The position numbers were made by a program, and so were the translations under genes. Shown one piece after another: positions 53,149 to 62,110 of a stretch of DNA of 64,000 bases. The notes beneath the pieces are model-generated. The model was not told the DNA's origin, did not search any database, and saw only the letters and a program-made list of their open reading frames with translations. This DNA is from a virus, in the IMG/VR virus record IMGVR_UViG_3300042292_000979; one strand, written 5' to 3'. How positions within the stretch are numbered: position 1 is the first letter of the stretch; every line of letters begins with the position of its first letter.

Positions 53149-53204
53149 AAAGGGTCTCTTATATAAGTTTTTGTAGTTTTGTCTAGAGTTAATGAGGATT
53201 ATAA

Positions 53205-53909
53205 ATGTTTTTAGATCAGTTAAATACGGTAATCAGAGACAAAGCCCTTCCATTAGATGTTGCTGAAAAGTATCTCAACCTATATATAGGTGAAGCGGAT
53301 TGGAAAACACACATTTCAAAACTATGGATGAATCTTGAAAACAAGAATAAGAATTCTGACATAAGCAAAGAAGATATAAAGAGGGCAATATCTTGCACGA
53401 TGTTATTGCCAACAATGGAGAAAACAAATATCCCTGATCCAGTTCACCTCATTTTATTTTGGTGCCCTACCTGGAATCAGTACAAGGAAAGAGATTGGTT
53501 TTCTTTATTTTTAGATATAGTTAAGAAAGATTTGTATATACAAACCAATCAAAAGGAGTTACTATCGATTGGCATCATAGATCCAATTGATTATTCTCCA
53601 TTAACTAGACAAAGCTTTAATTGGTTATATACTCAGGCGGAACAAAACGGTGATTTAAATGACAAGAATAAAGATATCGTAACTAAGAAAATGCAAAACC
53701 TAGTTAGAATATATGGTGGTGCAGTTATATCAAATGTATTTCAAAATCACAAGAATGTAATAGACAAAGTTTTTAACTGGAGAAGTGGATATTTTTTCGA
53801 AAGAGAAATATATAACGTGTATAATTATGACCAGATAAAAAAGATCAAGAAAACAGAAATAGAAAAATTAAACCCTAAGTACGTAAAAACTTTAGCATTA
53901 GCAAAATAA
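53205..53909 (+). CDS. Hypothetical protein
   Basis: 234-aa ORF with GAGG RBS; no recognised motif. Confidence 0.6.
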   Translation: MFLDQLNTVIRDKALPLDVAEKYLNLYIGEADWKTHISKLWMNLENKNKNSDISKEDIKRAISCTMLLPTMEKTNIPDPVHLILFWCPTWNQYKERDWFSLFLDIVKKDLYIQTNQKELLSIGIIDPIDYSPLTRQSFNWLYTQAEQNGDLNDKNKDIVTKKMQNLVRIYGGAVISNVFQNHKNVIDKVFNWRSGYFFEREIYNVYNYDQIKKIKKTEIEKLNPKYVKTLALAK

Positions 53910-53918
53910 GGAGATAGC

Positions 53919-56018
53919 ATGTCAGAAGAAATCGAAAACGGAAACCCAGATCTAACACCGATTGCCACTAAGCAATCTTCTATGTTCTTATTTAAGTTAA
54001 CTGATGATTTCATAGAATCATATAGGTCTAAGTCTGCACCATTTGGATACAGGGATGCAGCTGGGAACTCCGTTGGAGAGATAACATTTCTTCGAACTTA
54101 CTCTAGATTAAAAGAAGATGGAACAAAAGAGACATGGTCTGACGTATGTGAAAGAGTTATCAACGGAATGTACTCCTTGCAGAAAGATCACTGCAAAAAG
54201 AATCGCCTACCATGGAACGATGCTAGAGCACAAGCTAGTGCTAAAGAAGCCTTTGATAGATTATTTAATCTTAAGTGGACTCCTCCTGGTCGTGGTCTTT
54301 GGGCTATGGGAACAAACATTGTAAATATACAAAAGAATTCCGCTGCATTACAGAACTGCGCGTTTGTTTCTACTGGTGAAATGAATAAGTTTAACCCAGC
54401 AAAACCGTTTGCATTTCTTATGGAAGCATCAATGCTCGGTGTTGGTGTGGGTTTTGACGACAAAGGTGCAGATAAAGATTTTATTATCTATGAACCAAAA
54501 GAATCAACAACATACATAATACCTGATACTAGAGAGGGTTGGGTTGAGTCTATGGCATTGCTACTTAACTCATACCTCAAAGAGAATCAGCCTACGTATA
54601 ACTTTGATTATTCTTTAATTCGCCCAAACGGTACTCCAATTAAAACATTTGGTGGTGTAGCTGCTGGTCATGAGCCGTTAGAGAGGCTTCATGATCATAT
54701 AAGAAAAATGTTTACTGGACGCAAAGGTGACAAGTTAACACGCATAGACATAGCAGACATTGGAAATGTTATTGGAGTATGTGTAGTATCCGGAAACGTT
54801 CGTCGTTCAGCTGAGTTGTTAATTGGCCGTTTAGATGATCAAGATTTCTTAAACTTAAAAAATTCAGAACGCTTTCCTGAACGCAACTCATATGATTCAT
54901 CTGCTCCAGGTTGGGGTTGGATGTCTAACAACTCTGTAGAAACAGTAGTTGGCGCAGACTTATCTTCTATAGTAGAAGGCATCTCTCTCAACGGAGAGCC
55001 TGGTGTTCTTTGGATGGACATGTCCCGTAAGTATGGACGTCTAGCTGATCCACCAAACAACAAGGATCACAGAGTTGCAGGCTATAACCCATGCGCTGAG
55101 CAGTCACTGGAATCATATGAGTGTTGCACCTTGGTGGAGACATACCTCAATCGTCACGACAGCCTAGAAGACTATAAGCGTACTCTAAAGTTTGCATACC
55201 TCTATGCCAAGACTGTTACGCTCCTTCCTACTCACTGGGAAGAGACTAACGCAATCATGCAACGCAATCGTCGCATAGGCGCATCAATGTCTGGTGTTGC
55301 AAACTTTGCTGATCGCGTTGGAGTTCCGGCACTTCGTGAATGGATGGATCAGGGATATAAGACTATTCAGCGATATGACAATGTTTATTCTGAGTGGTTG
55401 GGTATTCGTGAATCGATTAAGATGACGACTGTCAAGCCTTCTGGAACCGTATCTATTCTTGCTGGTGAATCACCTGGCGTACACTGGACACCAGGTGGCA
55501 AATACTTTAATAGAACTATCAGATTCTCCAACGAGGATCCGATGCTACCACTATTTAGAATGGCCAACTATAGAGTCGAGCCAGCTTCTGAATCACCAAA
55601 TACAACTTCTGTTGTGTATTTCCCAATTAAATCCGATGCTGAAAGAGCTGAAAAAGATGTTACAATCTTTGAAAAAATGTCTTTAGCCGCAACCGCACAA
55701 CGCTATTGGTCAGACAACTCTGTATCTGTAACGATATCTTTTAACAAGGATACCGAGGCAGAACATGTTGGAACTGTATTACATATGTACGATGGGCAAT
55801 TGAAGACAGTATCCTTTTTGCCAAGCGGTAACGATACGTATCCCCAAATGCCATATACTCAAATAACAGAAGAAGAATATACGGAAGCTTCGACATCGTT
55901 GTTCCCGATAGATTTAACTGGAGTGTATGCCGGTATGGCTGCTGATGCAATTGGTGAACGTTACTGCACAACTGATTCTTGTGAAATTAAATTTATCAAG
56001 GACAACATAAAAGTATAG
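53919..56018 (+). CDS. nrdJ: Class II (adenosylcobalamin-dependent) ribonucleotide reductase
   Basis: FLRTYSR, PPGRGLW, ALQNC, GNVRRSA, NPCAEQ, TVKPSGTVS and C-terminal CTTDSC motifs. Confidence 0.92.
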   Translation: MSEEIENGNPDLTPIATKQSSMFLFKLTDDFIESYRSKSAPFGYRDAAGNSVGEITFLRTYSRLKEDGTKETWSDVCERVINGMYSLQKDHCKKNRLPWNDARAQASAKEAFDRLFNLKWTPPGRGLWAMGTNIVNIQKNSAALQNCAFVSTGEMNKFNPAKPFAFLMEASMLGVGVGFDDKGADKDFIIYEPKESTTYIIPDTREGWVESMALLLNSYLKENQPTYNFDYSLIRPNGTPIKTFGGVAAGHEPLERLHDHIRKMFTGRKGDKLTRIDIADIGNVIGVCVVSGNVRRSAELLIGRLDDQDFLNLKNSERFPERNSYDSSAPGWGWMSNNSVETVVGADLSSIVEGISLNGEPGVLWMDMSRKYGRLADPPNNKDHRVAGYNPCAEQSLESYECCTLVETYLNRHDSLEDYKRTLKFAYLYAKTVTLLPTHWEETNAIMQRNRRIGASMSGVANFADRVGVPALREWMDQGYKTIQRYDNVYSEWLGIRESIKMTTVKPSGTVSILAGESPGVHWTPGGKYFNRTIRFSNEDPMLPLFRMANYRVEPASESPNTTSVVYFPIKSDAERAEKDVTIFEKMSLAATAQRYWSDNSVSVTISFNKDTEAEHVGTVLHMYDGQLKTVSFLPSGNDTYPQMPYTQITEEEYTEASTSLFPIDLTGVYAGMAADAIGERYCTTDSCEIKFIKDNIKV

Positions 56019-56029
56019 GTTGGTCTACT

Positions 56030-56389
56030 GTGTCAGATGACAAAAATTTTGATAAGATATTTTCAGAAATAACTTCTCCACAAAATATAGGCTCTATGCC
56101 GGGCATAGTTGGTGCTCTCTCGTTAAATAACGCAAGAGATTATTCTTTGTTTTTGTCTGAATTAATTACAGCTATACAGGAAATAAATTTAATTATAGTT
56201 AATCTTACTGAAGACTCTGATGAGCCATTTGAAATACCACTTGAAGTAGTACAAATCTTAGAAATGCTATATGCAAAGACGAAAGATTTCAACAACTATA
56301 TGGTAAACTTGGATCAAGATGATATAGGATACTATATCTACATAGACGAAGAAGAAGATTATGACGATGAATCAGAAGACGGAAAATGA
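56030..56389 (+). CDS. Hypothetical acidic protein
   Basis: 119-aa ORF with Asp/Glu-rich C-terminus. Confidence 0.55.
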   Translation: MSDDKNFDKIFSEITSPQNIGSMPGIVGALSLNNARDYSLFLSELITAIQEINLIIVNLTEDSDEPFEIPLEVVQILEMLYAKTKDFNNYMVNLDQDDIGYYIYIDEEEDYDDESEDGK

Positions 56390-57092
56390 AGATTACGATA
56401 ATAACGCAATACCTGTTTTAGATAAGGGTTATGTTAGATTAGTTGATGTTATGGGTAGTGACCTATCCGTAGTCAACGCTGCAAGAGCATCTTTTGCCAA
56501 AGAATCAAATGAGCTTTCTGTACAAGACGCAAGACTAATAGATTTTTTAGCAAGAGAAAATCATATGTCACCGTTCCGTCACGCATTTCTAACATTTGAA
56601 TTTAAAGCTCCACTTATGGTTGCTAGGCAACATTGGAAATATGTAGTTGGATCAGATCATACAATGGATTCCTGGAATGAATCTTCGAGAAGGTACATAA
56701 CTATGGATCCAGAATTCTATATACCTGGACCAGAACAATGGAGACTTGCTGCAGAGAATAAAAAACAAGGTTCTTCTGGGTTAGCTGGTCCATGGACTGG
56801 TTCTATATTAAATACGGAACTAAAACAATTGGTTGATAAGTGTGAATCTATCTATAACATGGCGCTTGAGCAAGGCATTGCTCCAGAGCAAGCTAGATTA
56901 TTCCTGCCAGCATATGGCATGTACGTTACATATAGATGGTCATGCAGTCTTCAGTCCGTTGCCTTATTCCTAAATCAAAGATTAGGGGAAGAATCTCAAG
57001 TGGAGATTCAAGAGTATGCAAAAGCTGTATTCAATCTAACAAAAGAAAAGTTTCCAGTATCAATAGATAGACTGGTTTCGATACATGTATAA
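56361..57092 (+). CDS. thyX: Flavin-dependent thymidylate synthase
   Basis: VLDKGYVRLVD, VNAARAS, HMSPFRH, VARQ, WNESSRRY, PEQARLFLP, QVEIQEYA. Confidence 0.92.
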   Translation: MTMNQKTENEDYDNNAIPVLDKGYVRLVDVMGSDLSVVNAARASFAKESNELSVQDARLIDFLARENHMSPFRHAFLTFEFKAPLMVARQHWKYVVGSDHTMDSWNESSRRYITMDPEFYIPGPEQWRLAAENKKQGSSGLAGPWTGSILNTELKQLVDKCESIYNMALEQGIAPEQARLFLPAYGMYVTYRWSCSLQSVALFLNQRLGEESQVEIQEYAKAVFNLTKEKFPVSIDRLVSIHV

Positions 57093-57255
57093 AAACATGC
57101 TATTGTTTATAGTATTTTCTTTTTTGATTAATTGGACTATAAGTTTGCAGATGTTAAATCAATCTTCTAAACAGAAAAGTATTAAATTTACAGCAATCGC
57201 ACTGGCTTTGACTACGGGAACCATTGCAGGGTTTATAATTTCTCTTATATTATGA
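57085..57255 (+). CDS. Small membrane protein (56 aa, not in ORF track)
   Basis: MYKNMLLFIVFSFLINW...FTAIALALTTGTIAGFIISLIL*; two hydrophobic segments; overlaps thyX stop and next ATG (ATGA). Confidence 0.55.
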   Translation: MYKNMLLFIVFSFLINWTISLQMLNQSSKQKSIKFTAIALALTTGTIAGFIISLIL

Positions 57256-57716
57256 CTGTAATATCTAAAAAAGATAGACAGTTCATGAAGATGTGTATCG
57301 ATAGCTCAAAAACATTTTCTACTTGTGGTAAAAAACAATACGCAGCTATGCTGGTAGATGAATATAATCACATAGTTGGGTTTGGTTATAACGGTGGACC
57401 AAGAGGTTTCCTACACTGTAATGAAGGTGGCTGTAGACGCTTTCTTGAAAACTCAAAAAGTGGATCAGCTTACGACAATTGTATAGCAATCCATGCAGAA
57501 GCAAACGCTTTACTCCATTCTGACTATAGTTCAAGGCCAAAAAAAATATATGTAAATGGTCCTCCTTGTTTTAGTTGCGCTAAGTTGATAGCCAACAGCA
57601 CCTTAGATACTGTATACTATCTGTATGATTCTGACTATAAGAATTGGGAAGATGTAGAATCTTTTTTATTAAAAGCAAATGTACAGACTATAAGGATAGA
57701 TAATGGCAGCCTCTAA
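57252..57716 (+). CDS. dCMP deaminase (cytidine/deoxycytidylate deaminase family)
   Basis: GYNG, HAEANAL and PCFSC zinc-binding motifs. Confidence 0.85.
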   Translation: MTVISKKDRQFMKMCIDSSKTFSTCGKKQYAAMLVDEYNHIVGFGYNGGPRGFLHCNEGGCRRFLENSKSGSAYDNCIAIHAEANALLHSDYSSRPKKIYVNGPPCFSCAKLIANSTLDTVYYLYDSDYKNWEDVESFLLKANVQTIRIDNGSL

Positions 57717-57945
57717 ATTAAATTATATTGTAGTATACAAAAACCACAGTCAGGTCTATGGTTGTTCTTCAAAAAAAATAGCTGTAGAATCACCTCCACC
57801 GGAGGGTTACACAAATGATGATAAGAGAATACTTTTTGCAACATTTGAACCAGACACAAGTTCTTTGTGTGTTTACCCTGTATCATTAGACGATATAGAA
57901 ATTGAAGAAGTAAAAGTTAAGAAAGCTAAAAAGAAAAATGACTAA
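57703..57945 (+). CDS. Hypothetical protein
   Basis: 80-aa ORF overlapping both neighbours. Confidence 0.5.
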   Translation: MAASKLNYIVVYKNHSQVYGCSSKKIAVESPPPEGYTNDDKRILFATFEPDTSSLCVYPVSLDDIEIEEVKVKKAKKKND

Positions 57946-58180
57946 GAAAAAAGTAGAAAAAAAGAAAGTAAATATCAAACTTGAATCTGGGCAAACATAT
58001 TTAATTACTTCTATAGATGAGATGTTGCAAATAGCAAATTCTTTGATACACTTAGCCTCTTCAATCAAGGATGAAAAAGACAAATTGTCTGTACTTAATT
58101 TAAGTGAAGAAGCAATAAAGGCAATGACCGAAAACAAATTTATAGGAGGATCTTCAGATGAAGATGAAGATTGGAATTAG
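57938..58180 (+). CDS. Hypothetical protein
   Basis: 80-aa ORF, basic N-terminus and acidic C-terminus. Confidence 0.5.
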   Translation: MTKKKVEKKKVNIKLESGQTYLITSIDEMLQIANSLIHLASSIKDEKDKLSVLNLSEEAIKAMTENKFIGGSSDEDEDWN

Positions 58181-58436
58181 TATTATAGTGGTGGCAGCAT
58201 GTTCTTATTTGGTATATAATCAAAAAAGAAAAGTTAAATTTGATTACTTTAATAATGTTTCAGAAGAATACTTTAAGGAATACGCAAAAGAATATAATCC
58301 ACAAAGTAGTTTTATAGAATTCTTTGATAAGGAAAACATAAAAGAAGCCTTTAGTAGATATGATAAATATTTAGATCTTGGCTTGAATAAAGAAGACGCA
58401 TTTAAGTCTGTAGTAGAAGATAAGAGAAATAAATGA
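58158..58436 (+). CDS. Hypothetical protein with N-terminal membrane anchor
   Basis: MKIGISIIVVAACSYLVY followed by KRK; GGAG RBS. Confidence 0.5.
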   Translation: MKMKIGISIIVVAACSYLVYNQKRKVKFDYFNNVSEEYFKEYAKEYNPQSSFIEFFDKENIKEAFSRYDKYLDLGLNKEDAFKSVVEDKRNK

Positions 58437-59236
58437 TAGATTTATGTGTTGTAAACTACAACACTAGGCCACTCCTACAAAGGTTATTGGATAATTTGCA
58501 TGAGGGTGCGAGTGTGGATAATAAGTTTTGGAATCTATATATAGCTGATAACGACTCCAGTGATGATACAGTCGACTGGCTAAAAGAAAATGACGATAGA
58601 TATCAAATAGATAGAATAGATTTAAATAAGAATATTGGGTATTCAGCAGCTATCAATAAGCTTGCAGCAAGAGGTTCCAACAACGTCATTGGCATTTTAA
58701 ATGCAGACGTATGGTTTACCAACGAAGACATTAAAAAGATATGTCAAATTTTTAACCAAGAACCAGATGTCCATATCCTTGGCCCAAAACAAAGAGACGA
58801 ATACGGCAATATCAAACATGCCGGTATAGTAGGTACCAATACGGAACCAAGACATAGAGGTTGGAACGAAGTTGACCGCGAAGATAATCTATATAAAGAT
58901 AGGGTTAATTGCGTAACAGTTTCCGGGTCTGCATACTTCATTAGAAGATCAGTTTGGAATGCCCTAACAAACGATGAAGAGTATAGAAAGATGTACCCTG
59001 ATGCAATAGGGGCCTTCCTGCCAACGCCTCATTACTACGAGGAGACTTGGTGCTCCTACTTCGCACGTCATCGTGGCTACAATGTAGTGTATGATGGTAG
59101 CGTATCAATTGGTCACAGTTGGCATGCATCATCACCAAAACCGGGTGAAGGCTACAGTCATGCCGACGCTCAATTTAAAGTAAGTCAATCAATATTTCGC
59201 AAAGCCTGCGATTTCATAGGAATAGAAAGAGATTAA
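58433..59236 (+). CDS. Glycosyltransferase family 2
   Basis: VVNYN, DNDSSDDT, NIGYSAAIN, LNAD, VSGS and YYEET motifs (WbbL/rhamnosyltransferase-like GT2). Confidence 0.85.
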   Translation: MIDLCVVNYNTRPLLQRLLDNLHEGASVDNKFWNLYIADNDSSDDTVDWLKENDDRYQIDRIDLNKNIGYSAAINKLAARGSNNVIGILNADVWFTNEDIKKICQIFNQEPDVHILGPKQRDEYGNIKHAGIVGTNTEPRHRGWNEVDREDNLYKDRVNCVTVSGSAYFIRRSVWNALTNDEEYRKMYPDAIGAFLPTPHYYEETWCSYFARHRGYNVVYDGSVSIGHSWHASSPKPGEGYSHADAQFKVSQSIFRKACDFIGIERD

Positions 59237-59237
59237 A

Positions 59238-59639
59238 ATGTCAGATCAATTTAATGTTTATTTATATAATGCAGAAGTAGTTAAGATAGTTGACGGAGAT
59301 ACATTTAAGATCAAGATAGATCTTGGTTTTGAAGTTCATATTGGCCCAAAGAGTGTCAGACTATATGGCGTTAACACACCAGAAAGCCGTACAACAAACT
59401 TGGAAGAAAAGAAAATGGGCCTTGCTGCAAAAGAGTTTACTGATCAATGGATCAAGAAAGCTAATAATAAAGTAAAGATCGAAACTATTCTAGATAAGAA
59501 TGAAAAGTATGGTAGAATTCTTGCTAGAGTATGGAACGAAGCTGGCGAATGCCTTAATACAGAAATTGTTAAGGCTGGATTAGCTAGAGAATACTTTGGC
59601 GTAGGCGACAAAACTTTTGAGGAATTCAAGAAGGCATAA
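59238..59639 (+). CDS. Thermonuclease (SNase-like) family protein
   Basis: IVDGDT, VRLYGVNTPE, KYGRILA, GLA motifs. Confidence 0.88.
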   Translation: MSDQFNVYLYNAEVVKIVDGDTFKIKIDLGFEVHIGPKSVRLYGVNTPESRTTNLEEKKMGLAAKEFTDQWIKKANNKVKIETILDKNEKYGRILARVWNEAGECLNTEIVKAGLAREYFGVGDKTFEEFKKA

Positions 59640-60064
59640 TGCAAACATTTTTACCATACGCAAATTTGCAAGAGTCAGTTCGGGTATTAGATTATCGTAG
59701 ACTTGGAAAGCAACGAGTAGAAACTTTCCAAGTCTTAAACATCTTACTTGATCGCACTCCAACAAAAGGTTGGCGCAATCATCCGGTTACTGTTATGTGG
59801 ACCGGCTATGAATCAGCTCTACAGCTTTATCAGAATTACACCATTCAAGAGTGGATTAGCAGAGGTTACAAAAACACCATGCTATTAGAAGAGATAGATA
59901 TAGATTCAGTAGCTATGCCACCATGGTTTGGCTTAGAAGAATTTCATCGTTCACACAGATCAAATCTTTTGCGTAAAGATTACGAATATTATTCCCAATA
60001 TTTTGACGAAGATCCTAATCTTCCATACTATTGGCCAGCTAAAGAGGTAGCTAATGCAAACTAG
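59639..60064 (+). CDS. Pyrimidine-dimer DNA glycosylase/DenV-like protein
   Basis: MQTFLPY, LDYRRLGKQRVE, WRNHP...MW.GY, SHRSNLLRKD motifs. Confidence 0.8.
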   Translation: MQTFLPYANLQESVRVLDYRRLGKQRVETFQVLNILLDRTPTKGWRNHPVTVMWTGYESALQLYQNYTIQEWISRGYKNTMLLEEIDIDSVAMPPWFGLEEFHRSHRSNLLRKDYEYYSQYFDEDPNLPYYWPAKEVANAN

Positions 60065-60467
60065 AGTGTTTTTATCAGGCGCTATAGAAGATGTCCAATC
60101 TGACTTTAAGCATAGTTGGAGAGATGAAGCTACTGCGCTTCTAGATCATAGAGGTTTTAAGGCAGTCAATCCAATGGACTACGCTCTTGAGGAAGAAGAC
60201 TGTGAACCAAAAGAAATAGTAGATAAAAATCTCTTCTTGCAAAAAAGCTGTGACATTATTTTAGTAGAATACACATTACTCTATAGGGCGTACATTGGAA
60301 CAGACTTTGAAATGACCTGGGCGCATCTAAATAATCAACCAGTAATTGTTTGGGCGCACCAAGATTTGCAGCATAGAAAATATCTTAAATTTCTTGCTAC
60401 AAAACTTGCAGATACTCTTGAAGAGGCTGTAGAATATATATCTAATACATATCCATCAACTAAATAA
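60054..60467 (+). CDS. Nucleoside 2-deoxyribosyltransferase-like protein
   Basis: VFLSGAI, W R...NP, EIVDKNL...CDIILV, GTDFEM..A motifs. Confidence 0.7.
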   Translation: MQTRVFLSGAIEDVQSDFKHSWRDEATALLDHRGFKAVNPMDYALEEEDCEPKEIVDKNLFLQKSCDIILVEYTLLYRAYIGTDFEMTWAHLNNQPVIVWAHQDLQHRKYLKFLATKLADTLEEAVEYISNTYPSTK

Positions 60468-60477
60468 AGGAAATAAT

Positions 60478-60660
60478 ATGGCAGAAAATAAGTTCAACTA
60501 TTTTGAAGTAACCACTTCTTATGTTGTTAAGGCCAAGAATAAGTCAGAGGCTGAAAAGGTAGTCCTTGGACGTCGTGGCGTTAAGGGCGAAATTATTACC
60601 AGTAAGACTAACGTAGATCGAATCTCGGCTGTAGAAGTCCGAGAAATGTTGGAGATCTAA
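60478..60660 (+). CDS. Hypothetical protein
   Basis: 60-aa ORF with AAGGA RBS. Confidence 0.55.
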   Translation: MAENKFNYFEVTTSYVVKAKNKSEAEKVVLGRRGVKGEIITSKTNVDRISAVEVREMLEI

Positions 60661-60673
60661 GAATCCTATTAAC

Positions 60674-60709
60674 TAGAGGGTAGCACTATTTACTTAGTGT
60701 TACCCTCTA
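60674..60709 (+). terminator. Intergenic hairpin (possible terminator or processing site)
   Basis: 15-bp stem TAGAGGGTAGCACTA / TAGTGTTACCCTCTA (one G-U), 6-nt loop, no clear U-tract. Confidence 0.5.
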
Positions 60710-60728
60710 TAAACCTTAAGGAAAGTAT

Positions 60729-61430
60729 ATGATATACGCTCAAATGGTGGGCAGAAATGAAGAGGGAAGATTTCTAGAGGAAGTTCTAGAAAGGCTTTCA
60801 CAGCAAGTAGATGGTATTGTTTTTACCGATGATTGCTCTACTGATAACACAGCTAAAATAGCAGAAAAATATTGTCACGTTTATTCAACTCCAGAGCAAC
60901 TGTTCACAAAACATGAGGGTCAACTAAGAGCTTTTGCTTGGTCCAACATGTGCCAGCATGCAAAACTTGGTGACTGGATTGTGGCAATCGATTGTGACGA
61001 AATGCTGTATAATAAAAACGATATAGATAATCTTAATATCTCATCTGTTCTATCAAATTCGCCTTACGACGTTGCCAATGTTCGCTTTTACCACATGTGG
61101 AACGAGAATCAATGGCGCACAGATAAGCTATGGGCTCCAAATAATAGCAGTAGAATCTTCAGATTTAAAGAAAATGGTGGCTTCGCCAATAGGAAATTAG
61201 CCTGTGGTTCAGAACCTACATATGTAGTTGACTGGATTGCACAAAGAAACTTCTGGATTGACTCAGGTTTAGTCATGAAACATCTTGGATATGTAAGAGA
61301 TGAAGATAAGATCTCTAAGCATCAAAGGTATTCGACTTTAGACGGTGGAGAATTTCACGCATTAAATCATATCAACTCAATAATAGACCCAAATCCAGTC
61401 TTGATTGACTGGGGAAATTTCTTAAGGTAG
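60729..61430 (+). CDS. Glycosyltransferase family 2
   Basis: GRNEEGRFL, DDCSTDNT, IDCDE (DxD) and KHLGY motifs. Confidence 0.8.
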   Translation: MIYAQMVGRNEEGRFLEEVLERLSQQVDGIVFTDDCSTDNTAKIAEKYCHVYSTPEQLFTKHEGQLRAFAWSNMCQHAKLGDWIVAIDCDEMLYNKNDIDNLNISSVLSNSPYDVANVRFYHMWNENQWRTDKLWAPNNSSRIFRFKENGGFANRKLACGSEPTYVVDWIAQRNFWIDSGLVMKHLGYVRDEDKISKHQRYSTLDGGEFHALNHINSIIDPNPVLIDWGNFLR

Positions 61431-61435
61431 GAAAA

Positions 61436-62110
61436 ATGAAAAAAGATATTAGAATTGCAACACACGCACAAACGATTCAATCGCTAACTTTAAAAATGCT
61501 ATCCAAGGAACGTTTTGCTTACGTTAATTTTCCTCGATCAGCACTCATTGCTATGGGTAGTCCAGATATGAAGAAAGCTTCTAAGGACTTTGGTGATTCA
61601 ATAAGTAAATCATTTAGCATTAATGATAAGAATTTTATGAAAGGAATACCTTTAGCTTTTGTAAATTCTAATGATTCAGATAATGAATTAGATTATTCAA
61701 AAGTGGATTCTAATCAGAGATACTATAACTCAACAACACTTGAAAACTACTTTAATAATAATGAAGTAGCTTTTACATCTTTTGTAGACTTTTATATAAG
61801 AAATACCCCATATGTTGTAGTTACATTTCATGATAGAAAAGTAATTACAAGGGTTCTAGGATCACCTGTGGACACAATTTATGTTCCATATAATGATTAT
61901 TATGATAAGTTAGATTCTATAATTGAAACTTTGGCAACCTATACCGGTAAAGTTGATACAGTTATTTTGGATTGTCCGCTACTTTCTGCTGCTTTAGCTG
62001 GTAAGATATGGGACGAATTGAATTTTTCTATAATAGATTTTGGGAAGGTAATCGGTTTTGCTCGAGCAAGATTTAGCAATAGGATTTCCCAAAATGAAAA
62101 AACAGATTGA
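61436..62110 (+). CDS. Possible glycosyltransferase-associated protein (GT-D/DUF1792-like)
   Basis: ERFAYVNF near N-terminus, VPYNDYY, ILDCPLL...IIDFGKV; adjacent to GT2. Confidence 0.35.
   Translation: MKKDIRIATHAQTIQSLTLKMLSKERFAYVNFPRSALIAMGSPDMKKASKDFGDSISKSFSINDKNFMKGIPLAFVNSNDSDNELDYSKVDSNQRYYNSTTLENYFNNNEVAFTSFVDFYIRNTPYVVVTFHDRKVITRVLGSPVDTIYVPYNDYYDKLDSIIETLATYTGKVDTVILDCPLLSAALAGKIWDELNFSIIDFGKVIGFARARFSNRISQNEKTD

Noticed and set aside
53033-53204. tRNA gene or cobalamin riboswitch upstream of the nrdJ operon
   Set aside because: No cloverleaf, T-loop GTTC or B12-box recognisable; only short hairpins and a terminator.
53919-56018. Intein or group I intron in nrdJ or the helicase
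   Set aside because: NrdJ is 699 aa with contiguous motifs, and the helicase motifs have normal spacing in the visible part.
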